From positions 2,242 to 66,241 of IMG/VR virus record IMGVR_UViG_3300027861_000021: a stretch of 64,000 nucleotides of DNA; one strand, given 5' to 3'. The DNA comes from a virus (taxonomy: Duplodnaviria > Caudoviricetes). Under the pieces are notes generated by a model that was not told the DNA's origin, did not search any database, and worked only from the letters and a program-made list of their open reading frames with translations. The position numbers and the translations under genes were made by a program. Shown in pieces: positions 19,328 through 29,838 of the stretch (positions are counted from its first letter, which is position 1; each line of letters opens with the position of its first letter).

Positions 19328-19864
19328 ATGTATTATATCTACGCACATTACACAGAAGATACTAATGAGCTGTTCTATATAGGAGTAGGTCAAGGTGGTC
19401 GTGCAAATACTATCTCAGGAAGAAATGAGTACTGGAGTCGTATTTATAAAAAACACGGCAGAACAGTAAGTATATTTCCTCATAGATATAATAGTAGAGA
19501 GATAGCGGTTCAAAGAGAAGTCACACTACAAGTCTTACTTCGGCCTAGAGCCTGTCTTATCTATGGTGAATACGGTAACTCGTCACATACAGAAGAATCA
19601 AAGAAGAAGATGAGGAAGCCTAAGAGTAAGGTTCATTATGGAAGACCTTGTTCGGATCACACCAAGAAACGAACAAGTGAAGAGAACTCAAAACCTGTGA
19701 TAAACTGTCGTGGCATTATATTCGACTCAGCTAAATTGGCAGCAGATTCTATAGGACAAGAGAAGTCTTCAGTGGCGAGGGCTGCTAGAGGCTTAGTGAA
19801 AACATCAGGAACCTATTCAGACGGTACTAGAATCCGCTGGAATTATATACAGAAAGAGAGGTAA
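19328..19864 (+). CDS. GIY-YIG-like homing endonuclease
   Basis: YIYAH..FYIG.G..RA; NUMOD-like HTEESKKKM and F.SA..AA repeats. Confidence 0.8.
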   Translation: MYYIYAHYTEDTNELFYIGVGQGGRANTISGRNEYWSRIYKKHGRTVSIFPHRYNSREIAVQREVTLQVLLRPRACLIYGEYGNSSHTEESKKKMRKPKSKVHYGRPCSDHTKKRTSEENSKPVINCRGIIFDSAKLAADSIGQEKSSVARAARGLVKTSGTYSDGTRIRWNYIQKER

Positions 19865-19867
19865 GTC

Positions 19868-20812
19868 ATCTACACCGTTTCAGATATGATTAGAACGATC
19901 AGGAATAAAATAGCAGAACAAAACACAACAAAGGTATCAGATGAGAATATCTTAGATTACCTCAACCAAGGACAGGATTTTGTTTTTGATTTGATTGCAA
20001 GACGTTATCCTGACATCTTAGGCAGTATTGCAACAGCAACTATCAATAGTGATGGAATTACATTTGACATGCCTGAAAATGCTTTTGAACAAAGACTAAC
20101 AAGGGTCTACAAAAAAGATAACAACTACACCGTTCCACTTGAGCGTGTTGGATATCGTGAAATCTCAGATTTTGACGGTAGACAAGGTTATCCCACAAAC
20201 TATGCAATCTTAAAAGATAAGGTATATTTACTACCTTCTTCTGATATAAGTTCGTATACGTGGAAGTATGCGTTTGTAGAAGACATTGAATCCTTTGTGA
20301 AACCACAAGGAAGAATCAAATCTGTTGTTATTGGTGACGGTTCTGTGGTGAATGCTAGTATTGTTGTTGATGCAATTGGTAGTGATCTTAGTATTCTTGA
20401 TTCAAGTTACAACAGATACGCAAACATTGTTGATAACAAAACAGGTACAGTAAAGTGTACTCTGGAAATTAAAGCACTAGACACGGTTAATAACCGTATT
20501 ACATTTAAACTTGCTCCTACTGCACTTGTTGATAACAAGACACTAGTGAACGTAATTCCTGCAACTGTAGGTGTTGACGATCATATCTGTGTTAGTTCTG
20601 GCTCCTGTATTCCTTACTTTCAAAAACCTGCATACAACTACATCATCCAATGGGCCGCTACCGAACTGAAGCGAAGTCTTGGTATGGACGCTCAAATGGA
20701 AGAAAACGCCCTCAAGAAATACGAAGAACAAATAGAAAAACTAAATAGTAAACGAGAAGGTTCAGCAAGAGTCTATCGTAGAAGAAATCCTAGAAGCGAC
20801 AGAAGGTGGTAA
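19868..20812 (+). CDS. tail adaptor/head-tail connector (start ATC 19868 or ATG 19886)
   Basis: I.DYLNQG, G.P..Y and LLP motifs of podovirus adaptors; precedes the nozzle gene. Confidence 0.75.
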   Translation: MYTVSDMIRTIRNKIAEQNTTKVSDENILDYLNQGQDFVFDLIARRYPDILGSIATATINSDGITFDMPENAFEQRLTRVYKKDNNYTVPLERVGYREISDFDGRQGYPTNYAILKDKVYLLPSSDISSYTWKYAFVEDIESFVKPQGRIKSVVIGDGSVVNASIVVDAIGSDLSILDSSYNRYANIVDNKTGTVKCTLEIKALDTVNNRITFKLAPTALVDNKTLVNVIPATVGVDDHICVSSGSCIPYFQKPAYNYIIQWAATELKRSLGMDAQMEENALKKYEEQIEKLNSKREGSARVYRRRNPRSDRRW

Positions 20813-20815
20813 ACC

Positions 20816-23800
20816 GTGGTTAAGTTTCAAACAATACCTCACCCTAATATTGCACGAGGAATGGACACCCGTTCCGCAATCAAAAACATTCAAGAAGGTT
20901 TTGCAGAGGAAATCCGTAATATGGATACTAACTCTGCTGGCTTTGTTGAAAAACGTAAAGGCTACGAGTCCTATGTAGGTACTATTCCTCTCCGTGCAAC
21001 AAGCATATCTGAAGATGCTGTTGGTGGATTTGATATTGAATTTGATGCTTCCATGTCTTTTTCTAACGTAACCTCTGATCCTGTACTGGGCAAAGGTAAA
21101 CTATGGTGGGACAAGGATTCTGCTGGTACAGTGAGAACTCTTGATAGGGCTGCTGGTGTTATTACCTCAGACAACTCAGAGACCTTTGTGGTAGGACAAG
21201 CAATAAAGATTAAGGTTCCTGCACTGACTGGTACTTGGGGTGATTACACATTCACTACCACTACAGACGTTACTCCTGCTCTTGCTAACGCCAACAATTA
21301 CGAATATGCACTTCTAGAAGATAAAGAAATCTACTGGGATGACTTCACAAACAATATATATAAATCAATGGTTAGTGGTACTGAAAAAGAATTTACAAAG
21401 ACTGATCCTGCACTAGACATTCTGGTGGGTGTAGCAGTTAACAATGGCACAAATTATGAGCTAATCGAAACTGATCTTACCACTGTTGATGCTGATTCTG
21501 TAAACCACACAGTTACTACACCTACAGGAAGTGTACAGATTGCTAATTACCTTGTTGATCCTGACGCTACATTTAACTCTTACACAAGCATTGACAACAC
21601 ACTAGCTTCTGGGATTAAAACAATTCCAATTGCTCAGACCACTCACAACCTACCAAATAAAAACATTGTGTACCAAATATGGGAACAAGACACTGCTCCA
21701 AGTGCAACCCTCGGTACTCTAGTTACACCTGAATCTTTTGTAATTGATCCTAGTGGTGACATTACAATTACGATTGACTCAATTGCAGGTGGTGATTATA
21801 CAGTTGTGTTATATGACGTTCCTGTAAGTAACACAGAAGTTACTGGTCTATCAGGAGCTGAAGAAGCCTTTGAACTTACTATTCCTGTGACCTCAGAGTT
21901 TGTCTTTGTACAGGCTTACTTACTAGGGGCAGTGCAAGAAGAAGTAAAACTAGATGCTGTAACAGTAGCTGGAGGTACGGTTACTTTTACTGTTAACCCA
22001 CCTACTGCTGATTTTGACCTAAAGATTGTATATCTTGAAGGTAAAACTGGGTCCCCTAGTATCACAGTTGGTAGTGGTGGTGTACCCGATAGTACTCCTG
22101 AGTTCTGTATATACGGAATTAACCCTGATGACATCGTGTTTGAGGATAAAGCAGGACACATCAATGCACTGGACGAATACTCGGCACTTGCTCAAAGTGA
22201 CCTTGTTGTTGGTATGGGAGGTAATCTATTTGTAGAAAGTACTGATTTTATCTTACCTTCCACCAGAGTAGATATCAGAGGAACTAGTGACTTTACTGTT
22301 TCATCAGAACCACAAACAGTTGTACCTGTGTTTGCTAATGTTGCAATTACAAGTATATCAAATACTGGGAGTACTGCTACATTTACGCTTGCCAGTGATC
22401 CCGGTCTATCTGCTATTGACAGTGAATATGTGACGGTCGCAGGTGCTAGTAATGCGGAATATAATGGTACGTTTAAAGTAGATTCACATACTGCTGCCTT
22501 TGAAGATTATACAATCACAGTCTCTGGTACATTTATTGCAGGAACTGAAACAGATACACCAGCCTTGATTTCTCAAGACTCTTTTCTCCTTCTTATGGAA
22601 GACACTGCCGGAGGACTTCAGGACCACAGCTTTGAGGTTGGCGATCTTATTACAAGCAATCAATTTACTTACACCCCAATTGTGCGTGAACTACCCTCTA
22701 ACACATCAATTCGTATTGGTGGGATCACAGGGTCACAGGATGTGTACGCTGGTGTAACTCTCACAGGGACAAGAACTAGTAATGTAATTAAAACTCCTTA
22801 CACGGTCTCTACATTTGTTAAGGGTGATGTACTCACGCTAGGTGGATTCTCTCGTAAATTTAGAGTGCTCGATATAGATGTAACAGATCAGGTCCATGCT
22901 GTAATGACACTCGACGAATCTATTACAGTTTCAGACTCTACTCTTGGAGCAAGTGTAACAGGTGTTAGTCTTGCTTCTAGGTGGCTTTGTGTTGAATTAC
23001 CTGACTTAAATGATAGAACAGGTAAACACTTCATTGCTGCCTACAGTGCTCAAGAAAGACTTCAAACAGCAAAGATCAATGACTCCGTGTTTTATACAGA
23101 TTACACAGGTGCTGTTATGAAATATGATGGTGCAAACCTGTACCGATCAGGTCTAATTGCTTGGCAACCACAAACACACTCATACGTTGACATTTCTACC
23201 GCACAAGAAAAGGTTGTTGTTGATAACTATCTTGTAACAGGTGCCTCAGACGAAGGTGACTTAACAGTTGATATCAAATTTGATAAGAACACAATGCCAC
23301 CACTTCCTGCCAACAACCAGATATTCATTCACGGTGGAGACCAACTACAGGATTACAAACCAACCGAAGTACTAGATTATAATGAGACTGACTTTACTAT
23401 TTCTGTAAGTTCTTCAGATATGGGAACTTCAACAAAGGCTAGTGCTACTTCTGCTGCACCGGCTGAGGCTTACGTTTTTACAGCGGATAAGTTTGGTAGT
23501 AGAGGTAATAGAATCCAATTAGTAGTCGCTGCTGGTGATACACTTGAAGATATAATAGGTAATTGGAATCTGGCTAATCCTACTAATACTGTGAGTCACG
23601 ACCAGACTGATGACACACAGACTATTGCCGTTGCTGAGATAATTAACTTGTCAGGTGCGACAGGACCAAACCTACAGGCTAGTGTAGTTTATGAAGATAT
23701 TATCTTCTACGCAGTTAATGCAGGAACCTTGGGAAATGATATAGACCTTGTTATAGATGGTACTGATGATACCGCAGAAAAAGTGAAAACAGCGCACAAT

Positions 23801-26137
23801 CTAGCTAATCCTACTAATACTATTGATTACGTTGGTGATGGGGATGCGGGACCACTTACTCCCATTAACCCACTTGAACTTACTGGTGGTACGGTTGAGA
23901 CTAATGTGACCATTCCTCAAAGTGCTGGTTACTATTTTAAACTACAAGCATATGACCGTAACAATAACATTGTAGCAAGTGCTGTTACAGACCACAGAGA
24001 TTGCTACCTTACAATGCTTAAGACAGGCCGTGTGTATCACCGTCTAAATAGATTCCCTAAGTTTGATGCCTACCACTACGACCGTGTTGACCTTGAAGTA
24101 TATCGGCAGAAATGGGCAGAGGTTCCTATTGCTGAGTTCTTTAAGATACGTACAATACCATTTGATTACTCTGAGTATCAAGCAACAACAGATTTATTGA
24201 TATCTGATTCGCTAGGTAATACTACATTTAACAATCCAGACGATCTTGTGTCTAATGCTATTTCTCTTCAGACCACAGGGAATGCTCTTGAGCGTCCTCT
24301 CAGTTACGAAGAACCTCAAAAGAGTAAATATATTACTAGTATTGCAAACAGGATGGTACAGGGTAACATCAAGGGATATGATAAAATAGACGTTAGATTA
24401 GATTCTGATGCAACTACCTCTTTAGATGGAGTAACGGTTCTCGTTGGTGATGGTACAGTTAACACTGTATTTGAATTTCAGGAGTCTGCTGAGAGTTCTG
24501 CTCAAGTAATAGCTACCGTTGCAGATGATGCGGCAGGGTCTCTTACGTTTGCTGTGTCTGATGCCTCTGTTTATTCAATAGGTGATTGGGTACAGGTTTC
24601 TGCTACAGGTACAAACAACACAGCAGAGAAGATATCAGGTTTCGCATTAGGTTGGTGGAAAGTAACTGGGAAGGTTACAGGTAGTGGTACAGAAGAAGTC
24701 AATGTTGCGGGTTTCACAAGCAATACCGCTGTTTATTCTGCTACTGCTCCTAATTACCTAAACGAATTAAAATTATATAGAGCGGCAACCTCTGGTAATG
24801 TACCTGTGGTTAGTTTCACTGCCAGCGAGTTTAGACCGTTTCAAGGCACAAACGTACTGGATGTATCGCCTCCAAATGTTTCTGGTGTCCTAGACCTAAC
24901 TCGTGCAATCAATACAGTACAAGCCCATTTAGAGACTCCTACGGTGTATGCTCGTAGTGGAGCTACTTTTGGCAGTGGTGTGTTTAATCTAACAAGTGCA
25001 GACACGGCTGGTTCAGTTAACTGTGTTGTCACTGCAAACGGGTATGACATGTCTGTGTATGGTAATAATATACTAGCACCAGATGGCAGTACAATGACCA
25101 GCACCGGACTAGTGTTTCCTAGTAGACTCCTGATCTCCCCAGAGAAGTTCCCAGAAACCTTTGACAATCCTCTTGCTGACTCCGCAATTTACTCCAATTC
25201 AATTGTAGATGTAAACGCAGATGATGGTGAAGAGATAACAGGGTTCGCAAGTTTCCTAGCGATTTCATCTAGTTCAGACTCACAGGTACAGAGTACTCTT
25301 ATTGTATGTAAAAGCAGTAGTGTATATGCAATTGATGTTGTATCTAAGAGTCAAACAAAACTAGAGAGTTACGGTCAAGGTTGTACAATTCCTAATTCTA
25401 TTTCAGCAACCGCTGATGGTATTATGTTTGCAAACAAATCTGGTGTATATGTTGTAACTAGTTCACTTGACATAGAATATGTAGGTAAACTTATGGAAGG
25501 TTACTGGAATGAGACAGTAAACACAGATCAAGTTGAAACAGAGGCTTACGGCTTTACTGATTCAAAGGATCGTAAATATAAACTAAGTCTTCCAGTAGGT
25601 AGTGGCACAACTAATTCTGAAACTATGGTATATGACTATATTACAGAACAGGGTGAATCAGGTAGTTGGTTCTTGTATGACTCGATACCAGCCTCAAACT
25701 GGGAGCAGACAAGCACAGATGTATTCTTTGGAGGGTATGGTGCCAGAGTATTCAAAGGACGCAACACGGGCGATTCTACGGATCACAGGGATGATGCCAG
25801 TGCTATTACTTCAGTGTTTGAATATAGTCCAAGAAGTTTTGGAGATTCAGGTGAAGAAGTATTAATGAGTGGTGTAATAACACATGTTGAAGAAGGAAGT
25901 GGAATCACGGTTGAAGAGGCTTCAGACATGAACAAGACCTATACTACATTAGACAGTATTACCAATGACGGTACACTTAAGAGTAAAGCTGTGAACAATA
26001 CACCTAGTACACATAGTAGCTTATTTTACCAGATCAAGTATACACACGCCGTAAAGGATCAAGGTATGAAAATAGCTGGCATCGACTTTAGGGTTGCACC
26101 AACTAATGCTAAGAAGGTCACTGATGCTGGAGAATAA
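20816..26137 (+). CDS. large tail nozzle/stabilisation protein with inserted domains
   Basis: N-terminal GMD..N.D..G..KRKG and C-terminal beta-propeller motifs (GCT..SI..GIMF..GVY). Confidence 0.75.
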   Translation: MVKFQTIPHPNIARGMDTRSAIKNIQEGFAEEIRNMDTNSAGFVEKRKGYESYVGTIPLRATSISEDAVGGFDIEFDASMSFSNVTSDPVLGKGKLWWDKDSAGTVRTLDRAAGVITSDNSETFVVGQAIKIKVPALTGTWGDYTFTTTTDVTPALANANNYEYALLEDKEIYWDDFTNNIYKSMVSGTEKEFTKTDPALDILVGVAVNNGTNYELIETDLTTVDADSVNHTVTTPTGSVQIANYLVDPDATFNSYTSIDNTLASGIKTIPIAQTTHNLPNKNIVYQIWEQDTAPSATLGTLVTPESFVIDPSGDITITIDSIAGGDYTVVLYDVPVSNTEVTGLSGAEEAFELTIPVTSEFVFVQAYLLGAVQEEVKLDAVTVAGGTVTFTVNPPTADFDLKIVYLEGKTGSPSITVGSGGVPDSTPEFCIYGINPDDIVFEDKAGHINALDEYSALAQSDLVVGMGGNLFVESTDFILPSTRVDIRGTSDFTVSSEPQTVVPVFANVAITSISNTGSTATFTLASDPGLSAIDSEYVTVAGASNAEYNGTFKVDSHTAAFEDYTITVSGTFIAGTETDTPALISQDSFLLLMEDTAGGLQDHSFEVGDLITSNQFTYTPIVRELPSNTSIRIGGITGSQDVYAGVTLTGTRTSNVIKTPYTVSTFVKGDVLTLGGFSRKFRVLDIDVTDQVHAVMTLDESITVSDSTLGASVTGVSLASRWLCVELPDLNDRTGKHFIAAYSAQERLQTAKINDSVFYTDYTGAVMKYDGANLYRSGLIAWQPQTHSYVDISTAQEKVVVDNYLVTGASDEGDLTVDIKFDKNTMPPLPANNQIFIHGGDQLQDYKPTEVLDYNETDFTISVSSSDMGTSTKASATSAAPAEAYVFTADKFGSRGNRIQLVVAAGDTLEDIIGNWNLANPTNTVSHDQTDDTQTIAVAEIINLSGATGPNLQASVVYEDIIFYAVNAGTLGNDIDLVIDGTDDTAEKVKTAHNLANPTNTIDYVGDGDAGPLTPINPLELTGGTVETNVTIPQSAGYYFKLQAYDRNNNIVASAVTDHRDCYLTMLKTGRVYHRLNRFPKFDAYHYDRVDLEVYRQKWAEVPIAEFFKIRTIPFDYSEYQATTDLLISDSLGNTTFNNPDDLVSNAISLQTTGNALERPLSYEEPQKSKYITSIANRMVQGNIKGYDKIDVRLDSDATTSLDGVTVLVGDGTVNTVFEFQESAESSAQVIATVADDAAGSLTFAVSDASVYSIGDWVQVSATGTNNTAEKISGFALGWWKVTGKVTGSGTEEVNVAGFTSNTAVYSATAPNYLNELKLYRAATSGNVPVVSFTASEFRPFQGTNVLDVSPPNVSGVLDLTRAINTVQAHLETPTVYARSGATFGSGVFNLTSADTAGSVNCVVTANGYDMSVYGNNILAPDGSTMTSTGLVFPSRLLISPEKFPETFDNPLADSAIYSNSIVDVNADDGEEITGFASFLAISSSSDSQVQSTLIVCKSSSVYAIDVVSKSQTKLESYGQGCTIPNSISATADGIMFANKSGVYVVTSSLDIEYVGKLMEGYWNETVNTDQVETEAYGFTDSKDRKYKLSLPVGSGTTNSETMVYDYITEQGESGSWFLYDSIPASNWEQTSTDVFFGGYGARVFKGRNTGDSTDHRDDASAITSVFEYSPRSFGDSGEEVLMSGVITHVEEGSGITVEEASDMNKTYTTLDSITNDGTLKSKAVNNTPSTHSSLFYQIKYTHAVKDQGMKIAGIDFRVAPTNAKKVTDAGE

Positions 26138-26170
26138 CACCAGTGACTCCACTGGGTTATAAATTAGTGC

Positions 26171-26199
26171 TTGACAAATGTAAAGAAGTATGCTATAAT
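26171..26199 (+). promoter_or_regulatory. sigma70 promoter P4
   Basis: TTGACA-17 bp-TATAAT, extended -10. Confidence 0.85.
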
Positions 26200-26233
26200 A
26201 TAGTAAAGAAACAAACGTAAGGGAGTAAGGGTT

Positions 26234-28873
26234 ATGACAATTAAACCAGCGTCTACAGGCGGGTCATTAAATGATAATATGGCGAATGCCGCTTTTGAAG
26301 AAGCTAAGGAGGCACGTGCTGCGGCTGGTGGTGGTCGTGCTCAGAGTCCTGCTGATGCTGCTGGTATGGGTGCAAGCCCGGATCAAGCTAAGATGGCTGG
26401 TGTCAATAAGCCTACTGCTCTTAATCAAGCAATGACTCAAGCTAAGGCTGAGAAAGACCTGAAGCAAGAAGAACTGTATGATGCAATCGAACGTGAACGT
26501 AACATTGAAGATGAACAACTTACACCAGAACAAAAAGAAGCACAGAAACTAGCTGAGAGTTTGGAGGGACTGGGTTCCTTAGACAATCTAGTACAGAAAG
26601 CAACTGAAGAAGCCTTTGCCGATGTTACATACACAGCAGATTTACAGCTTGTAGAAGAACAAATGGAGAGTCTACTCCCTGAAGGTGCTCCTCCCGAAGC
26701 AGCAGAAGAAATCAAAGGCGCATTTAATACATATAACGAGATGTTACAAGACCCAGAACAAGGGATTGCTGCTGCAAATGCCTACCTTGTATCGCTTCAA
26801 GAAGGTGAGAATCCTCTAATTAACCCTGAAGTCAAAACAGAAACAATCCTAATGAGCATCGTAAACAGTGTTGACACTGACCCAAAGACAGCAGCAGCCC
26901 TCACAGCCTCTGCTATTGCTGAAGGTGTTGTGGACGTTGACGGGCTAACTATGGACTTCCTAGAGGAGCAAGGGTTAATCAACTTCCCTGAGAGTGATGA
27001 CGATGAGATTCCTGAATTTGGTATGTCTAAAAATCAAATGATGGGAATACTTGGTGATAGTATGGGTGAGCTTACTGTTGAAGAGATTGGGAATATTATA
27101 GAAAACAAAGTACTGAGTGACATACACCAGACAGAGAACCTACAAAAGACCATTAGTGATCCTAACGTAAGTCCTGTTCTACGTGAAGCCCTACAAGGAC
27201 AACTGGCTCAAATAGAAGCCTCCGGTATGGCAGCAATCGAACAAGATGCAGACGATGCAGCAGCTCAAGTAATGGCAGCAGGGTCTGTGTTGTTTGGTGG
27301 AGAAGTGCGGGAACTTAACGATCTACTATCTGATGATGGTATTGTGTCTATGGTTGATGATTTCCTAATGTTAGATGAAGAAGACAGAGCTAACTCCGAT
27401 ATGTTCAAGGATAACCCAGCATTTGCAAACACCATGACTACAGTATTCCAGAATGCTCTTGATGCAGGACAGGATTTTGAAGAGGCAGTTGGTGAACTTA
27501 AAGCTATTAACGACGAGAATGACGCAAACACGAAGAAAGAAAAAGAGAACATGCCTGTGAACCCGATTAATGGGGAGATACTGAAGTTGTTTGGGAAAGA
27601 CGGTAAAGGACTTGTTGCAGAAATACCCGAAGCAAATGCTTTTTGGGACGAGGCACAGAACAGTAACGCAATCATGCAATCCATGAATCAGTGGCCCTCA
27701 GAGACAATTGCAGAGTTTGGTACTTGGATGGAGGCAAATGCTGGAGTTGATGGTGCATATGATGAGATGCTAGAAATATTAAAAGACCCGGAATCCTCTA
27801 AAGCCTTTATGGATGTTGCTAATATAGACGAGACACTCAAGGGTATTCACAAAGATGATCCAAATGCAAATCAACTACTAATGAATACTTTGTTTGGGTT
27901 TGCCGATGGTGGAGTAATTGGAGCAGGGTTTGGTGAAAATCAATTTACTTCCATTCCTACCCCTCCGGGAGCTGCTGGCTATCTAGACAAACTAAAGTTT
28001 GACGCAATGGGCGGTGGTAGAGAACAGCGAGAATCTTACGAGAAATTTAAAGATGTACTAGATGCCAACGGCGATGGAGTCCAAGACTCTCCAGAACAAC
28101 TTAAAAAGAATATTGCGAAGTTTATGAAGGGCGGCGGCATGGAGGACATGATGGCCTCTGCTACATCTCTATCATCAGCTCGTGACTCTGCACAAAAAGA
28201 AGTTAACTCTACCAGTGATGCACCATTTCCGGGAGGCGAGAGTTCCATCTCCGTTCGTAATGATCTATTGTCGAATGGACTTATGAAGGGTGGGAAGCTA
28301 GATGTTGATGCGCTCATCAAGTGGGCATCGGGACAAAATAAAAATTCAAAATACCTAGAGTCTGTTATTGCAGCTATTCCGGGCGGTATTCCGGGTGGAA
28401 GTAAAAACTTAAGTAGTACATTAGGAAAAGAAATAGACCGATTAGCCACAGAAGAGTTTGAAGGTACTCAAGGTGATCCATTTGAAGACATGGAAAAATA
28501 TATGTCTGATCCAAAGAGAAGTTCAAAAGGAAAAGAAGTTAGAGCTAACTACAGAAAAAATAAGAAGCGTGTTAAGATTGCAGAGAAAGCACTTGCTGAC
28601 TATATAGCCGCAGCAAAAAGAGATGGTCGGACTATGGATGGAAATCAATATGCGGCCCTCCAGCGTAATGTAACACAATACAAAAAAGACCGTGATGGTT
28701 GGAGTGGTAAAAAAGCTTTGGATAAATATAACTCAGAGAACGCTGACCAGATTACAAGCGGGATGGAGAGCACACTAAAGACCCTAACTGATTGGGAAGC
28801 TAATGGTTCTCCTGCTCAGAAGCGTAAAGCAAAGGCAATGAAGAAAGAATATAAAAGAAGAGGATGGATGTAA
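26234..28873 (+). CDS. putative internal virion/ejection protein
   Basis: Helical, acidic with a basic tail; EF-hand-like DANGDG loop; follows the nozzle gene. Confidence 0.6.
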   Translation: MTIKPASTGGSLNDNMANAAFEEAKEARAAAGGGRAQSPADAAGMGASPDQAKMAGVNKPTALNQAMTQAKAEKDLKQEELYDAIERERNIEDEQLTPEQKEAQKLAESLEGLGSLDNLVQKATEEAFADVTYTADLQLVEEQMESLLPEGAPPEAAEEIKGAFNTYNEMLQDPEQGIAAANAYLVSLQEGENPLINPEVKTETILMSIVNSVDTDPKTAAALTASAIAEGVVDVDGLTMDFLEEQGLINFPESDDDEIPEFGMSKNQMMGILGDSMGELTVEEIGNIIENKVLSDIHQTENLQKTISDPNVSPVLREALQGQLAQIEASGMAAIEQDADDAAAQVMAAGSVLFGGEVRELNDLLSDDGIVSMVDDFLMLDEEDRANSDMFKDNPAFANTMTTVFQNALDAGQDFEEAVGELKAINDENDANTKKEKENMPVNPINGEILKLFGKDGKGLVAEIPEANAFWDEAQNSNAIMQSMNQWPSETIAEFGTWMEANAGVDGAYDEMLEILKDPESSKAFMDVANIDETLKGIHKDDPNANQLLMNTLFGFADGGVIGAGFGENQFTSIPTPPGAAGYLDKLKFDAMGGGREQRESYEKFKDVLDANGDGVQDSPEQLKKNIAKFMKGGGMEDMMASATSLSSARDSAQKEVNSTSDAPFPGGESSISVRNDLLSNGLMKGGKLDVDALIKWASGQNKNSKYLESVIAAIPGGIPGGSKNLSSTLGKEIDRLATEEFEGTQGDPFEDMEKYMSDPKRSSKGKEVRANYRKNKKRVKIAEKALADYIAAAKRDGRTMDGNQYAALQRNVTQYKKDRDGWSGKKALDKYNSENADQITSGMESTLKTLTDWEANGSPAQKRKAKAMKKEYKRRGWM

Positions 28874-29838
28874 TGGGTAGTTTAGCAGAGAACGTACGCA
28901 AAGCGGCACTCGATAAGAACAACGCCAATCAACCAACTGGCACCAACACAGCAGACCTACAAACTCAGGCGGCAACAGGTGCTACTGGTAAGGGTCAAGC
29001 TGCTGGTCAGAATCTAAAGCAGTCTAACATTGCCGAACAAATCGGAATGGTTGAAGCTCGTGGTGCTCAACAAGACGTTGCAGTTGCAGGACTTGATAAG
29101 GCTTCTGCTGTTGCTGCAAAAGAAGCAGAGCAAGAAGTTGCACAGAAAGAGGTACAAGCCTCCAACCGTGTAAAAGAAATGCAGATGGAAGCAGAACAAG
29201 CCGATGAGATGGATTCTATTATTAGTGGTATGAAGTATGCAGATGCAGAACTTGAAGATAGAGAAGACGCATTACAACTAGAACAACTAGGTCAATCACT
29301 CCGGTTGTCAGATGAAAAATACAGACACGATGTAGAACAGATAGGCACAAGAAATAGGTTAGATAGATCAGAAGAGATAGCTCACGAAGCAGCACGAATT
29401 GAGATAGGTGAAAACACCAAAAGACTCTACGACCAAATAGAACACAGCAATAAGATTAAGGCAGAGGATAGAGCAGAACGTGAAGAGACCCTTATGATGG
29501 GACTAGAAGACGCATATAAGATTGCGGAAGCTAAAATCCAAGATGAAGTAAGTGCAGCTAAGATCAGCTTTGTTAAAGACGCAGCAGTTACAGGTGTGAG
29601 TGCGTACGCAGCTAGTGGTCCTTCACAGAATCCAGATGCTCCAGAAGCCGGTCCAATACAACAAGGTCCAGCAGGAGGCCCAACAGCAGCTAACGCAGGT
29701 AATGATTGGGATAGTACAGGCGGCTGGCAACCCGACCAAAATGCCAGTAACGATAACTATTATGGGACAACCTCAACTTCTGGCGGTGGTGCCTCAGACG
29801 ATATCTCAGTATTTAATTCAGGGTCAGGAGATAAATAA
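28873..29838 (+). CDS. putative ejection protein
   Basis: Ala/Gln-rich coiled coil; TAATG coupling. Confidence 0.6.
   Translation: MGSLAENVRKAALDKNNANQPTGTNTADLQTQAATGATGKGQAAGQNLKQSNIAEQIGMVEARGAQQDVAVAGLDKASAVAAKEAEQEVAQKEVQASNRVKEMQMEAEQADEMDSIISGMKYADAELEDREDALQLEQLGQSLRLSDEKYRHDVEQIGTRNRLDRSEEIAHEAARIEIGENTKRLYDQIEHSNKIKAEDRAEREETLMMGLEDAYKIAEAKIQDEVSAAKISFVKDAAVTGVSAYAASGPSQNPDAPEAGPIQQGPAGGPTAANAGNDWDSTGGWQPDQNASNDNYYGTTSTSGGGASDDISVFNSGSGDK

Noticed and set aside
19328-19864. Group I intron around the endonuclease
   Set aside because: Almost no flanking non-coding sequence for an intron core; the gene is free-standing
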